From NCBI GenBank assembly GCA_020632075.1, contig JACKGH010000002.1:11454-75453 (forward strand): a stretch of DNA of 64,000 nt, given 5' to 3'. Shown piece by piece: positions 1 to 9,600 of this stretch. Position numbers and translations under genes: made by a program. This DNA comes from Candidatus Nomurabacteria bacterium. GTDB lineage: Bacteria > Patescibacteriota > Minisyncoccia > Phycocordibacterales > UBA918. The notes beneath the pieces are model-generated. The model saw nothing but the letters and a program-made list of their open reading frames with translations. It was not told the origin of the DNA and did no database searches. Each line of letters starts with the position of its first letter. The stretch's first letter is position 1.

Positions 1-469
1 TTCAGAGAGACTCGTCAATCGAGCGACGGTTGCTTCGGCAGCTTCTGGTGCAAACTTGAACTGTGGCTCAGTGCTTGAAGCAACTTCACTGATCTCACTA
101 ACTTCTTCTGGCTGCATTTCTGACTCAGTAGTTGTTGGGGTGACAATCTCAATCTCTGGCAGGTGTTGATTTCCCCCAGCAGGTTGCAGCATTACTTCTG
201 GCGACGGGTCTACTTCAGGGGTATTGTTCATCTGCGTCAACGCACTTATGAAGCCTGTCGGATGTCCATACATGCTAAACGAAGCCACCCCCACCAAAAA
301 GACTATTCCTAAAGCTGAAGCAGCGACCATATAAGCAAACGAGGGAAACGGCGACTTCACCGGTGCATCTGCAGTCTTCACCGCACTCCAAATTACCTCA
401 CGATCTGCCTGAGTAAATGATGGCCGTGCCTGTTCTACTTGAGTAATTGTCCGTTCAATCTTTTTCATA
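1..469 (-). CDS. Putative anti-sigma factor, partial: the C-terminus lies beyond the window start. It has a single transmembrane segment and sits immediately downstream of the ECF sigma gene.
   Basis: The minus-strand frame from ATG (complement of 467-469) reads MKKIERTITQVEQARPSFTQADREVIWSAVKTADAPVKSPFPSFAYMVAASALGIVFLVGVASF..., i.e. one hydrophobic helix followed by a Pro/Glu/Thr-rich tail. Its start is 10 nt after the sigma stop, the usual sigma/anti-sigma operon layout. I see no recognisable conserved domain. Confidence 0.45.
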
Positions 470-478
470 CCTAACTAA

Positions 479-1033
479 CTATGTTTGCCCTAGCTTAGAC
501 TGCAGCATCTTCATTGCTCGATGATGTCTTGTGCGCACCGCGCTTTCGTTCATATCGAGCAGCGCAGCGATCTCTGCGAACGTACACCGAGACCAGTGCC
601 GCAAAATAATGATCTCGCTCGCAGTTTCCTCCAATTCTCGCAATGCATTTCGCACATCAATTGCATCAGCCTGCGTTATATCATTCCCGTGCTCATCTGG
701 CACCGTGTGTTCCTCAAATTCATTCACCTGCTGCTCGAACCGTTGTTTCTCGCGATGATAGTGCTTCGCCAATTTTCGCCGCACGATCGTAAATAAAAAT
801 GCATAAAAAGTAGCTTCGCTCTGATACTGAAAGGATCCACGCAGCGCAGCAAATAAATCAATACAAACATCCTGCGTAAGATCGATCGCTTGTTCTTTCA
901 CGTGTGTACGCAAGGATATATAGTTGTATACCAACTCGACTATGCGGTCATAGAGTTTGCGAGCAGCTTCTTCATCGTGTTGCGCACACAACGTTACCAG
1001 CTCTTCGAGGTTGTCTTGCATTGCCTCATTCAT
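479..1033 (-). CDS. ECF-type sigma-70 family RNA polymerase sigma factor
   Basis: 184 aa with sigma-70 region 2 (DLTQDVCIDLF...YAFLFTIVRRKLAKHYHREK) and a region 4 helix-turn-helix (RHWSRCTFAEIAALLDMNESAVRTRHHRAMKML). Confidence 0.85.
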   Translation of the reverse strand: MNEAMQDNLEELVTLCAQHDEEAARKLYDRIVELVYNYISLRTHVKEQAIDLTQDVCIDLFAALRGSFQYQSEATFYAFLFTIVRRKLAKHYHREKQRFEQQVNEFEEHTVPDEHGNDITQADAIDVRNALRELEETASEIIILRHWSRCTFAEIAALLDMNESAVRTRHHRAMKMLQSKLGQT

Positions 1034-1219
1034 GGAACTCTACTCTATACTATGATGGCAACTTTTGGCAAAATGTTACATCACCTTACTTTGCGTGTAT
1101 TTGCCACATTGATATGTTGTGGTCTGATAGGAATGTCTTGTAACAAATGCACAACCCATCTCCATTACAAAGCTACAAGAAGGAACTCTTCTTTGTTTAT
1201 ATCGTAATCAATTGTATTT

Positions 1220-2815
1220 ATGCGAGTAGCTACCACTCACAGTCCCGGCTCGATCTTTGCCTTATTGGCAAGCGCGCTGTTGTTTTTATTCACCGCCAAC
1301 TTAGCACACGCGTACACTTATGACGTTGCTACAGAAAAGCCATGGACAGATGGCGCAACCACCGTCGACACGAGCCAAACCGTCCAGGTTCGCGCGTATG
1401 TCCCTGGTTCACACGCCCTTTCATACCGCAGCATGACCGTCTACTCAAGCAACACCACCGCTGGTAGCAACTCTCTCGGCGACACCGTCGGCTACGTATA
1501 CAACATCTACGGCACCTCACCAGCATGGTTTAAGGGCTACGACGGTACTGGCGGCAGCATCAACTACCCAACCTATCAAGTTATGCGCACGCGCCTCAAT
1601 GATGTAAACGATGATCGCCTCGCGGTTGGAGAGTACGTACAGGTGGGTGCCTCAACCCACGCCTTTGTGTACGATCACGTATACAGCAAGTTCACACAAC
1701 TCGACGCTATCGAACCAACACTGATGACTGCGGTTGGCATCAACAACGCCGGACAAGTTATCGGCGCTCAGAAATGGAGCACCTACAACACCCAACAAGG
1801 CTACGTGTATGATTGTCAAAATGGCCGCGTCGACATCACTGTTCCAGGCGCAGCCTACACCATTCCACAAGCCATAGACGAAGCTGGCAACATCTACGGA
1901 ACCTTTAGCCACCCAGATCTCACCGAGACATACTTCATTGCTCACCCAGAAACTGATCCAGCTGATATCTCCTGCTCACTGGTCGGCTGGGACGACACGT
2001 TCAAGCCAGTCAAGTTCCGAACTACCCCGATCACCTTTGAGCTTGATGGCGATGTGGCACACAGCATGGTAATCGCTGATTTTAATGGTCGCGGCAAGAA
2101 CGACATTCTCGTAGACTACGGTGAGTACACTGTTGTGCTCTACAAAGCTGAGAGTAAGTTCACCAACAAGAAAAAGTACACAGGCATGACTCTCCAGCAA
2201 GTGATCGATACGTACTATCCTGACGTAGAGATTCCAACCTTCACTGACGTAAACAACGATGGCATTGATGATGAGATCAATACAGAGTACATCTATGTCG
2301 ACAGTTTCAGCCTCGGCAAGGGTGATGGCACTTTCTACTACGTACCGCAAGCACTGCCTGCTGGCACACGAGCACTCACTGACATAAACAACGACGGCTA
2401 TCTTGATATCGTGCAGATTGACGGACAGTTTGTGAACGTGTACTACCAGCGTGTACCGGTCACCACAACCACAACTGTCACTGATCCAGCGCCGACTACT
2501 GAACCGGCTCCAACTGACACAACCACAGTGACCGATCCTGCTCCGGTTGATACCACCGTCACAGACCCGGCGCCAGTCGACACCACACCGACCGACCCAG
2601 CGCCAACTGAACCTGATCCAGCAGACCTAGCGCCAACTTACACTGATCAGGAAGCACCGTACGCAGCTACACTCAACGCAGCGTACCCAGGCATGACCTT
2701 GGTCAAGATCAGTATCGAAGACGATGGCAGTGCCGACTTCAAGATCACCTTTGCAGGAGAAACTATCGAAGGTTTCATGAGTAGCGCAACTGAGATCACT
2801 GAAATTGCAAACTAA
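1220..2815 (+). CDS. Secreted FG-GAP/VCBS-like repeat protein with a Thr/Pro-rich C-terminal linker
   Basis: N-terminal signal peptide (MRVATTHSPGSIFALLASALLFLFTANLAHA). Three D-x-N-x-D-G-x-x-D repeats (DFNGRGKNDILVDYG, FTDVNNDGIDDEIN, LTDINNDGYLDIVQIDGQ). A TDPAPxxTT low-complexity tract at 2460-2640. Confidence 0.6.
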   Translation: MRVATTHSPGSIFALLASALLFLFTANLAHAYTYDVATEKPWTDGATTVDTSQTVQVRAYVPGSHALSYRSMTVYSSNTTAGSNSLGDTVGYVYNIYGTSPAWFKGYDGTGGSINYPTYQVMRTRLNDVNDDRLAVGEYVQVGASTHAFVYDHVYSKFTQLDAIEPTLMTAVGINNAGQVIGAQKWSTYNTQQGYVYDCQNGRVDITVPGAAYTIPQAIDEAGNIYGTFSHPDLTETYFIAHPETDPADISCSLVGWDDTFKPVKFRTTPITFELDGDVAHSMVIADFNGRGKNDILVDYGEYTVVLYKAESKFTNKKKYTGMTLQQVIDTYYPDVEIPTFTDVNNDGIDDEINTEYIYVDSFSLGKGDGTFYYVPQALPAGTRALTDINNDGYLDIVQIDGQFVNVYYQRVPVTTTTTVTDPAPTTEPAPTDTTTVTDPAPVDTTVTDPAPVDTTPTDPAPTEPDPADLAPTYTDQEAPYAATLNAAYPGMTLVKISIEDDGSADFKITFAGETIEGFMSSATEITEIAN

Positions 2816-2832
2816 CAAACAAAGCAACGATC

Positions 2833-2864
2833 AAAAAAAACACCCGGCGTGCCGGGTGTTTTGC
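2833..2864. terminator. Bidirectional intrinsic terminator between convergent genes
   Basis: aaaaaaaaCACCCGGCgtgcCGGGTGttttg: a GC stem flanked by an A-run on one side and a T-run on the other. Confidence 0.6.
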
Positions 2865-2869
2865 ATTTG

Positions 2870-3313
2870 TCAGCAGACTTCAGGATAGTACTCCTGACGG
2901 AGTTGCATCCACAGCTTGCCGAGCATATTCTCTCCTTTCCAATCAGGACCACGACCCCAAAAGGAATCCTTCTCGGAGTTTTCGATGAGCTCGGCTGAGC
3001 CGCTCTTCCGTAACTGCTTTTGCACATACTCGTGCTGCACCAGCTTGGCACGGATGATCGACAGCATTACATCGATCTTCTGGTCGTGCCAACCAGGACG
3101 GATGCGATTTTCGTACTTACGCGCCAGCATGAGCGCATCATACGCAGAGCGAGCCGCATGGATCTCGTCGATAATGTACGGATCGTCGAACTTTGCAGCT
3201 TGATACGCATGTTCGGAAGTCATCCACGTGCAACAAGCCCAATCAACCATGAAGGCCGAAAAATTTGAGAACACATAGCCGAATTCGCCGGCATAGAACA
3301 GTACCCGTTCCAT
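2870..3313 (-). CDS. NADAR (YbiA-like, DUF1768) domain protein
   Basis: Matches the NADAR signature: FYAGEFGYVFSNFSAF...W.TSEHAYQAAKF...ENRIRPGW. The start is refined to the internal ATG (MERVLFY), which has an AGGAGG 8 nt upstream. The longer ORF-track start has no RBS. Confidence 0.7.
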   Translation of the reverse strand: MERVLFYAGEFGYVFSNFSAFMVDWACCTWMTSEHAYQAAKFDDPYIIDEIHAARSAYDALMLARKYENRIRPGWHDQKIDVMLSIIRAKLVQHEYVQKQLRKSGSAELIENSEKDSFWGRGPDWKGENMLGKLWMQLRQEYYPEVC

Positions 3314-3426
3314 AGCTTCCTCCTGTTGTGCGGGCAGGGCAATACTATGCCACATAATGATATATACACAACCCATACGAACATGAGAGATTATCGATAG
3401 ATCAAATTCCATATTATACTAGCTTC

Positions 3427-3951
3427 ATGAAACAACAGACCGAGGATCGACTGTTTGTCATCAGTATGTGGTGGCGGATTGCGTATGGTGCACTTCGCAT
3501 CGTACTTGGTCTTGCGGTCCTAAAGGTGGTAGGGATGCCTGTGATTGACGTGATCACCACCCTACTCCATCACGAGCTCGTGACCGATCCTCAAGACGCA
3601 TTGTATTCACTCGCACACTCGTTCTTCGCACATCACCCACTGTACATTTCTTACTTCATGGCTTTTTATCTGATCTTCTGGGGAGTCACCGATGTCTTTC
3701 TGTCCTACCACCTCATGCACTACCGACGCTGGGCATTTCCTGTGAGCTTAGTCTTGATCGGAGGTTTCGTCTGCTACGAACTGTTTCGCTTTTCGCACAC
3801 CCACTCTCTCATTTTGCTTGGTGTGATGTGTATCGACACACTGATCTTGTGGCTAGTCTATGATGAATACAAGAAACTTCCCTTAAAGGAAGCTTTGGTC
3901 ACTTCCAACGAAACTGATGTAGACCACACACTCACCCCTTCGCAAGAATAG
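3427..3951 (+). CDS. Hypothetical polytopic membrane protein (DUF2127-like)
   Basis: 174 aa with 4 predicted transmembrane helices, and it fits the codirectional gene array. The family assignment is from memory of the DUF2127 pattern only. Confidence 0.5.
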   Translation: MKQQTEDRLFVISMWWRIAYGALRIVLGLAVLKVVGMPVIDVITTLLHHELVTDPQDALYSLAHSFFAHHPLYISYFMAFYLIFWGVTDVFLSYHLMHYRRWAFPVSLVLIGGFVCYELFRFSHTHSLILLGVMCIDTLILWLVYDEYKKLPLKEALVTSNETDVDHTLTPSQE

Positions 3952-3975
3952 CTTTGAGGTATACACTAGAATCAT

Positions 3976-4440
3976 ATGAAATCAGCAATAATGGTCACGC
4001 TGGTACTCTTCATTTTTTTGGTCTTATTCTTTTGTACGCTGCTTTGGCCACACAAAAGCGAAGCGCCTACCACACCGATCGCAGACACTTCAGCTGAAAC
4101 CCCAACTGACACCTCGCTTATCCATGTCTTTACTCCGCAACCACAAGCGGCAGTAAGCAGTCCAGTATCGCTCAGTGGTGAAGCTCGTGGGTATTGGTTT
4201 TTCGAAGCGTCTGCTCCAGTAGTGGTGGTCGACTGGGATGGGCGGATCATTGGTGAAGGATACGTGACTGCTGAGGGAGAATGGATGACTGAAGACTTTG
4301 TGCCGTTTTCGGGGACAATCGATTACACTCTTCCAGTCGATTCGTACAGTGCTAGTGGCACCATCATTTTCCACAAAGACAATCCATCAGGATTGCCAGA
4401 ACACGACGCTGCATTTGAAGTTCCAGTACTACTCAACTAA
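3976..4440 (+). CDS. Membrane-anchored Gmad2 immunoglobulin-like domain protein
   Basis: N-terminal transmembrane anchor, then VSSPVSLSGEARGYWFFEASAPVVVVDWDGRIIGEGYVTAEGEWMTEDFVPFSGTIDY, which matches the Gmad2 Ig-like fold pattern. A hairpin terminator follows at ~4476-4530. Confidence 0.6.
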   Translation: MKSAIMVTLVLFIFLVLFFCTLLWPHKSEAPTTPIADTSAETPTDTSLIHVFTPQPQAAVSSPVSLSGEARGYWFFEASAPVVVVDWDGRIIGEGYVTAEGEWMTEDFVPFSGTIDYTLPVDSYSASGTIIFHKDNPSGLPEHDAAFEVPVLLN

Positions 4441-4587
4441 TCGACCACAAGAACACCCTAAGTACACTTTGCGAGCCTAGAACCTTCTGATACCCTTACT
4501 GCTAGCTGAAGGCTCTTTTCTACAATCAGCTGTGGTTATGAACGCGATCAAACAACTGAAAACATGTAACTACTAGGAGACGCTGAA

Positions 4588-4902
4588 ATGCACGAGAAAC
4601 AATCGGCACTAGCCACCTTCTTCGACAACGTCCGGCTGCCGGACTGGATGCTTCTGCCGTCGATCATAACTGTCATGGGCGTAATCTTCTTCGTAACCCA
4701 CCATTACCTCAGCCTCGGTGTTGGAAGCATCATCCTCGTCGCTGCATTGATCGGCTGCGCGGTCAGCGGGCGACCTGCTGGATACAGTCCACACTGGGAC
4801 ATCGGTATGCCGCACCAAGAGAAGCCTGGCGGCACTCCGGTCCGTAAGCAACCGAATCTGCACATTCCACGTGGAAACATCATGAAACGTTGCACTGTGT
4901 AG
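4588..4902 (+). CDS. Small hypothetical membrane protein
   Basis: AGGAG 7 nt upstream of the ATG, two hydrophobic helices, and a terminator immediately downstream. The competing minus-strand ORF (4609-4863) has neither an RBS nor context. Confidence 0.45.
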   Translation: MHEKQSALATFFDNVRLPDWMLLPSIITVMGVIFFVTHHYLSLGVGSIILVAALIGCAVSGRPAGYSPHWDIGMPHQEKPGGTPVRKQPNLHIPRGNIMKRCTV

Positions 4903-4905
4903 AAT

Positions 4906-4944
4906 GCAAGCCGGCCTTTGCGTAAGCTTAGGCCGGCTTTTTGC
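4906..4944 (+). terminator. Intrinsic terminator
   Basis: gcAAGCCGGCCtttgcgtaagcttaGGCCGGCTTtttg. Confidence 0.6.
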
Positions 4945-5019
4945 TAGATTGCGTATTATTTGTTTTTTAGTGAAAATGTGTTATAATATTAAAAGAATTT
5001 CGAAGATGGAGAAGCTCTA

Positions 5020-5586
5020 TTGCACATACGCAAAACAAACCGGTTCTGGTTAAACCTCTTCTGCATATTCCTCTCCTACCGGAGAGAAGAGGGGGTCTAT
5101 GACCTGCGACGGACAGGATCCTGGAACGGATTCCTGCCAATTCTCAAACATTGGGGACTCATCACTCAGGAAGAGCTTAATGGATTCTACAAGAGAACTG
5201 CCCTCACCGACTACATGGACGGGCAAACCACCTTCAAGCGTTTTGAGGGTACACATCGCCACGAACAGATCTTCGGTGCAAAAACACCACTCTGCGCGGT
5301 GATCTCGCCTACCGACCCGTATGGCTGGATCAATGCGAGACTTGGCATCATCATTGATACTAAGCTCGTGCTGACCGACAATGGCCTCCGAATGATTCGT
5401 CGGTTGGAGGCAAAGCACGAAGACATCATCACACGCCAAAAGGTAGACGAGGCAATACTCGCAATCTACGGACCTAAGTCCGAACGAGAATTCAACGTCT
5501 ACGCCTACCTGGCAAGTCGCGAAAAAGCCAACGACCGTCGCCAAGAAATGGCCCGCGCTCGGGGCATTCGCAGAAAAAAAGGATAA
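5020..5586 (+). CDS. Hypothetical protein with a basic C-terminus
   Basis: TTG start with GGAG 5 nt upstream. It is preceded by TTGTTT-16-TGtTATAAT (extended -10) at 4960-4987 and followed by a strong terminator. No recognisable domain. Confidence 0.45.
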   Translation: MHIRKTNRFWLNLFCIFLSYRREEGVYDLRRTGSWNGFLPILKHWGLITQEELNGFYKRTALTDYMDGQTTFKRFEGTHRHEQIFGAKTPLCAVISPTDPYGWINARLGIIIDTKLVLTDNGLRMIRRLEAKHEDIITRQKVDEAILAIYGPKSEREFNVYAYLASREKANDRRQEMARARGIRRKKG

Positions 5587-5597
5587 CGTCCCTTCAG

Positions 5598-5627
5598 TTG
5601 CTGGCAGCATTGCCAGCAACTTTTTTA
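5598..5627 (+). terminator. Intrinsic terminator
   Basis: GTTGCTGGCagcattGCCAGCAACtttttt. Confidence 0.7.
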
Positions 5628-5720
5628 TTCTCCACGTTTTTGACTTGAAATTACTGGAAAAATACACCATAGTACCGACAAACGTTCTTCAATAAGCTGA
5701 TCAATCGCGGGAGTTAGGTC

Positions 5721-6230
5721 ATGTTTCCTCACAAAATATTCTTTGATGGAGTTGAAGCCGAAAAAAGTGATTCTCGTGCACTCGCGCTCAGGACATTGTT
5801 TGCTTCTTCTTTTCCGTTCCACGATGTTGAGTGCTACTCGATACGCAGTCTGCTGTATGCACTACGGTACTGTGGCAGAGATCGTCAACTCGAGATCTGC
5901 CAACTTCGCCCGAAACTGGCACGAAAAGAAATCGAAAACACGAACCAAAACTACTTGTACTGGGACAACCAACTCTTCCCGGTAGACAGTGACCGAACTG
6001 CCGACTTGATCACAGACATCTTCGATGCGCTGTTGAATACATACCCGGAGGTGAAGGAAGTGTTGTTTGAGCTCGACCAGAACGAGATAGTGATTGAGTT
6101 CAACCAGGCTGACAGCGCACAACTACCGCTTACGCTCGAAGGATTCATGAAACAATTCGATCGCCTGCGGCAGAAAGCATTTCTGGATACTGACTTGATT
6201 GTTGCACCAGGAGAGTTCAATAGGATCTGA
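5721..6230 (+). CDS. Hypothetical acidic protein
   Basis: GGGAG RBS and a terminator hairpin at 6243-6267 (GTCCCGCatagAGCGGGACttttt). No recognisable domain. Confidence 0.45.
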   Translation: MFPHKIFFDGVEAEKSDSRALALRTLFASSFPFHDVECYSIRSLLYALRYCGRDRQLEICQLRPKLARKEIENTNQNYLYWDNQLFPVDSDRTADLITDIFDALLNTYPEVKEVLFELDQNEIVIEFNQADSAQLPLTLEGFMKQFDRLRQKAFLDTDLIVAPGEFNRI

Positions 6231-6316
6231 AGATGAACACCTGTCCCGCATAGAGCGGGACTTTTTGATTTGACCGGTTCTGTGCGGCCGGGCCCTTCGG
6301 GCCCAGCCGTGCTATC

Positions 6317-7108
6317 ATGCCACCAATGAAATCATACGCCCTCTGCACCCCAACCACCCCAGAACTCATTGAAGTCTACGGTGAGAAGCATCATATCAGC
6401 GATTTTTTACTCAAGCTCTACACCAGCCCGCAAGAAGATTCTTACGCCGAATCAAAGTCTCTACCGATCTTCGCTGTTGCCGACGGTGTCACGCTCGACT
6501 TCAAAAAACTTCTTCTCACTGGTCGCCCCTACCCTGACCCATCGCCTTCGGGAGCAGTCGCCAAACTCTTCTGCAAGGAGGTCGTTGAACAAGCCGAAAA
6601 ACTATACGAAGCATTTACCAAAGAAAGCATCATCGAAATCTTTGCTGCTGCCAACGAGAAAGTACGTGAACACAACGACTTCATCGGAGAAGTGATCATC
6701 TCCGGCAATATCACCGAGAAGTACGCAGCTACCGGCAGCTGTATGGTCATCAGAGAAAACACCGTCTACTGGATGCGTATCTGCGATGCATACTTCGCAC
6801 ACTTTAATGCAGACATGCAGCTCAAGCAGATCACCAGCGGCTCTTGCGACCCGTACGCAGTTATTAATGGTGATCCCGAGATGCAGCAATACATCGAGTC
6901 TGGCTCAAGTGAGATCGAACCAGGCGACAAACTTTTCCTGTTCACTGACGGCTTTCAAGAGCATTTCAAAGAGCCTGAGTTTCTAGATCTGTTCCGAACA
7001 TTTGATGAATCACTTCGTACACGCATCAAGGATTACTCAGCCAAGATGAACCTGATTGATCCTCAACGCTTCGGTCACGAGCAAACCATCATTGCTGTTG
7101 AAGCATAA
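6317..7108 (+). CDS. PP2C-like (SpoIIE/PPM-type) phosphatase domain protein, possibly degenerate
   Basis: IFAVADGVT and LFLFTDGFQE resemble the two metal-binding Asp motifs of PPM phosphatases. Global similarity cannot be judged by eye. Confidence 0.45.
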   Translation: MPPMKSYALCTPTTPELIEVYGEKHHISDFLLKLYTSPQEDSYAESKSLPIFAVADGVTLDFKKLLLTGRPYPDPSPSGAVAKLFCKEVVEQAEKLYEAFTKESIIEIFAAANEKVREHNDFIGEVIISGNITEKYAATGSCMVIRENTVYWMRICDAYFAHFNADMQLKQITSGSCDPYAVINGDPEMQQYIESGSSEIEPGDKLFLFTDGFQEHFKEPEFLDLFRTFDESLRTRIKDYSAKMNLIDPQRFGHEQTIIAVEA

Positions 7109-7158
7109 ACACACACCATTTGTCTTCCTTGTAACTTTCCTGCTAGACTCTTCGGTAC

Positions 7159-7247
7159 GGAAGCGTGCCAGAGTGGTTGAATGGGGCGCTCTCGAAAAGC
7201 GTTGTATCCTTCATCGGGTACCGAGGGTTCGAATCCCTCCGCTTCCG
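7159..7247 (+). tRNA. tRNA-Ser(CGA)
   Basis: GGAAGCG/CGCTTCC acceptor stem. The anticodon stem GCGCT/AGCGT carries loop CTCGAAA, so the anticodon is CGA. Long variable arm. T-arm GAGGGTTCGAATCCCTC. CCA is not encoded. Confidence 0.85.
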
Positions 7248-7269
7248 CAAGACATGTCATAATGTACAC

Positions 7270-7788
7270 ATGCGTGTAAGTGCAATTTTTAAATTACTTG
7301 TTGGTATTGCACTTGCAGTCAGCGCACTAGCGCAACTATTCCAGCATGAGACCTGGTGGTTTATTCAAAATGTGAATCTCATCTTCCACGAAGCCGGTCA
7401 CTGGATCTTCGGTATATTCGGTGACTTCATTGGATTGATCGGAGGGAGCTTGCTCGAGATACTAATACCACTTATTGTCACCCTACATTTTGTATTACAA
7501 CGCCACTGGATCAGCGTAGCCTTTGGTGCTTGGTGGTCATCAACTGCGTTTCTCAGTGTCAGTATTTATGCAAGCGATGCTCAAGAGCGCCTCCTTCCCC
7601 TACTCGGGGGTGATAGTGTCCTGCACGACTGGTATCACATTCTTTCTCGGTCACATCTCTTGCCGTACGACGATCTGGTTGGATATGTCTTTTGGTTGTG
7701 CGGGCTCGGTATGGTCGCAATGCTTATTTTCTTTCTCGTGAAAGACCAGCACATACAAACATTACTCAACCGTCACACTCTTCGCTAG
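7270..7788 (+). CDS. Membrane protein with an HExxH motif (putative zinc metallopeptidase, DUF3267-like)
   Basis: Start refined to the ATG just after the tRNA (MRVSAIFKLL...). HEAGHWIFG motif with about 4 transmembrane helices. Its 3' end overlaps glmS convergently by ~27 nt. Confidence 0.5.
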   Translation: MRVSAIFKLLVGIALAVSALAQLFQHETWWFIQNVNLIFHEAGHWIFGIFGDFIGLIGGSLLEILIPLIVTLHFVLQRHWISVAFGAWWSSTAFLSVSIYASDAQERLLPLLGGDSVLHDWYHILSRSHLLPYDDLVGYVFWLCGLGMVAMLIFFLVKDQHIQTLLNRHTLR

Positions 7789-9576
7789 GTTACGTGGTCG
7801 ATCGACATTAAGACCCTTTTCAATACCGATGTAGTACGCCAAAAGTTGGAGCGGTACTGTAGTCACGATCGGCTGCAGGATCGGGTGTACTTTAGGAATA
7901 TAGAGCACATCATCAGCGACTGATCTGATCTGCTGATCTCCTTCGGTAGCGATCGCCAAGACAGGTGCTTTACGAGCTCGAACCTCTTCGATATTGGAGA
8001 TCATTTTTTCATATACGTCGTCTTTTGGTGCCAAGGCAATGATCGGGAAGTTTTCATCGAGCATTGCGATCGGACCATGCTTCAGCTCACCGCCCGCATA
8101 GGCTTCGGCGTGTATATACGTAACCTCCTTAAGCTTGAGCGAACCTTCGTGTGCGATCGCGGTGTGAAGCTTGCGACCGATGAACATTGCATCGCGATAC
8201 TGTGCATATTTCTTTGCGACAGCTTTGATGTCGTCGGTGTTTTGTAAATATGCTCTGAGTGTGTCTGGAAGCTTCTCGAGTTCTGCAGCGATCTGCTTCC
8301 CTTCTTCACGCGAGAGACCTTTCTCTCGACCAATGAGCAGCGTAAGCAGTGCGAAAACAGTCAGCTGCGAAATGAACGCTTTGGTGGAGGCTACTGCGAT
8401 CTCTGGACCAGCGTGATTGTATACACCTGCATCGGTCTCACGAGCGATGGTCGAGCCAACGGCATTCACCACCCCAAGTGTGAGCAAGCCCTGTTCTTTC
8501 GCAGATCGCAGTGACGCGAGTGTGTCGGCAGTCTCTCCTGACTGCGTCACCGCGAGAACTGCACTGTTTTTCACCGGCAAATTTCGCTTGTAGCGGTACT
8601 CGCTCCCAAGCTCTACCTCGACTGGCAAGCCAGCATACTCTTCAAGCATGTAGCGCCCGACCAAGCCAGAGTAGTACGCAGAACCACAGCCGACGATCAC
8701 GAGTCGATTGAGCGACGTAAGCTGCTCGAGCACCCCCTCAAGACCACCAAGCTTCGCCCGGCCTTTTTCGGTCTGCAAGCGACCTCGGATAGTGTTTTCG
8801 ATCACTTCTGGACCTTCAAATATCTCTTTGAGCATGAAGTGGTCGTACCCCTGCTTTTGCACTGCTTCCATATCCCACTCCACTTTTTCTGGTTGCTTGT
8901 CGCGACGCTTGCCACCGATCGTGAAGATCTCGTAGCTATCCTTAGTGACGATCGCACACTCCCCGTCTTCGAGGAAAACCACGTCCTTTGTGTGCGCGAG
9001 GAGGGCGGATGGATCGGAAGATACTAGATTGCCGTCGGCACCAAGACCGATCACGACTGGACTACCAAGCCGAGCGGTAATGATCGTGTCTGGATCGTGA
9101 TTGGAAGTAACCAAAATGCCGTATGTACCACGCACCATGCCGAGTGCTTCTTGGACCGCAGCCAGTAGATCACCGCGATTTCGTGTGCCAATAAGCTTGA
9201 TCAGCACTTCTGTATCAGTATCACTCTCAAAGGTCACGCCGCGCATGCGGAGACCTTCGCGCAGTTCTTGGTAGTTTTCGATAATGCCATTGTGGACCAC
9301 AGCAATATTGCCAGTCATATCTAGATGTGGGTGTGCGTTGCGTTCGGTCGGTACACCATGGGTTGCCCAGCGTGTGTGCGCAATACCGGTTGTACCTGGG
9401 ATACTTGCTGGCACTTTAGCAGCGAGATTGTCGATCGGACCAGCTGCTTTGATCGGCGTACTGCCGGGCACAAAGATGCCTGCAGAGTCGTAGCCACGGT
9501 ACTCGAGTGTGCGCAACCCTTCTAGTAAGATCGGTGATGCTGTTCTTGTCCCTACATACCCAAAGATTCCACACAT
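7762..9576 (-). CDS. glmS: Glutamine--fructose-6-phosphate aminotransferase
   Basis: MCGIFGYVG N-terminal nucleophile, two SIS domains, and the C-terminal ...SVTVE. Confidence 0.95.
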   Translation of the reverse strand: MCGIFGYVGTRTASPILLEGLRTLEYRGYDSAGIFVPGSTPIKAAGPIDNLAAKVPASIPGTTGIAHTRWATHGVPTERNAHPHLDMTGNIAVVHNGIIENYQELREGLRMRGVTFESDTDTEVLIKLIGTRNRGDLLAAVQEALGMVRGTYGILVTSNHDPDTIITARLGSPVVIGLGADGNLVSSDPSALLAHTKDVVFLEDGECAIVTKDSYEIFTIGGKRRDKQPEKVEWDMEAVQKQGYDHFMLKEIFEGPEVIENTIRGRLQTEKGRAKLGGLEGVLEQLTSLNRLVIVGCGSAYYSGLVGRYMLEEYAGLPVEVELGSEYRYKRNLPVKNSAVLAVTQSGETADTLASLRSAKEQGLLTLGVVNAVGSTIARETDAGVYNHAGPEIAVASTKAFISQLTVFALLTLLIGREKGLSREEGKQIAAELEKLPDTLRAYLQNTDDIKAVAKKYAQYRDAMFIGRKLHTAIAHEGSLKLKEVTYIHAEAYAGGELKHGPIAMLDENFPIIALAPKDDVYEKMISNIEEVRARKAPVLAIATEGDQQIRSVADDVLYIPKVHPILQPIVTTVPLQLLAYYIGIEKGLNVDRPRNLAKSVTVE

Positions 9577-9600
9577 AGATAATTTGTTATAGCGTATATG

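Noticed and set aside
4609-5670. Minus-strand ORFs 4609-4863, 4704-4895 and 5050-5670 (206 aa)
   Set aside because: No RBS. They are opposite to plus-strand genes that do have an RBS, promoter and terminator, and they are oriented against the local gene flow.
7056-7269. ORFs 7056-7262 (+), 7075-7269 (-) and the 5' part of 7165-7788
   Set aside because: They overlap tRNA-Ser. The real CDS begins at the ATG at 7270.
7762-7788. 27-bp convergent overlap of glmS and the HExxH membrane-protein gene as a possible annotation error
   Set aside because: Both reading frames are well supported and 3' overlaps of convergent genes occur. Noted but not considered significant.
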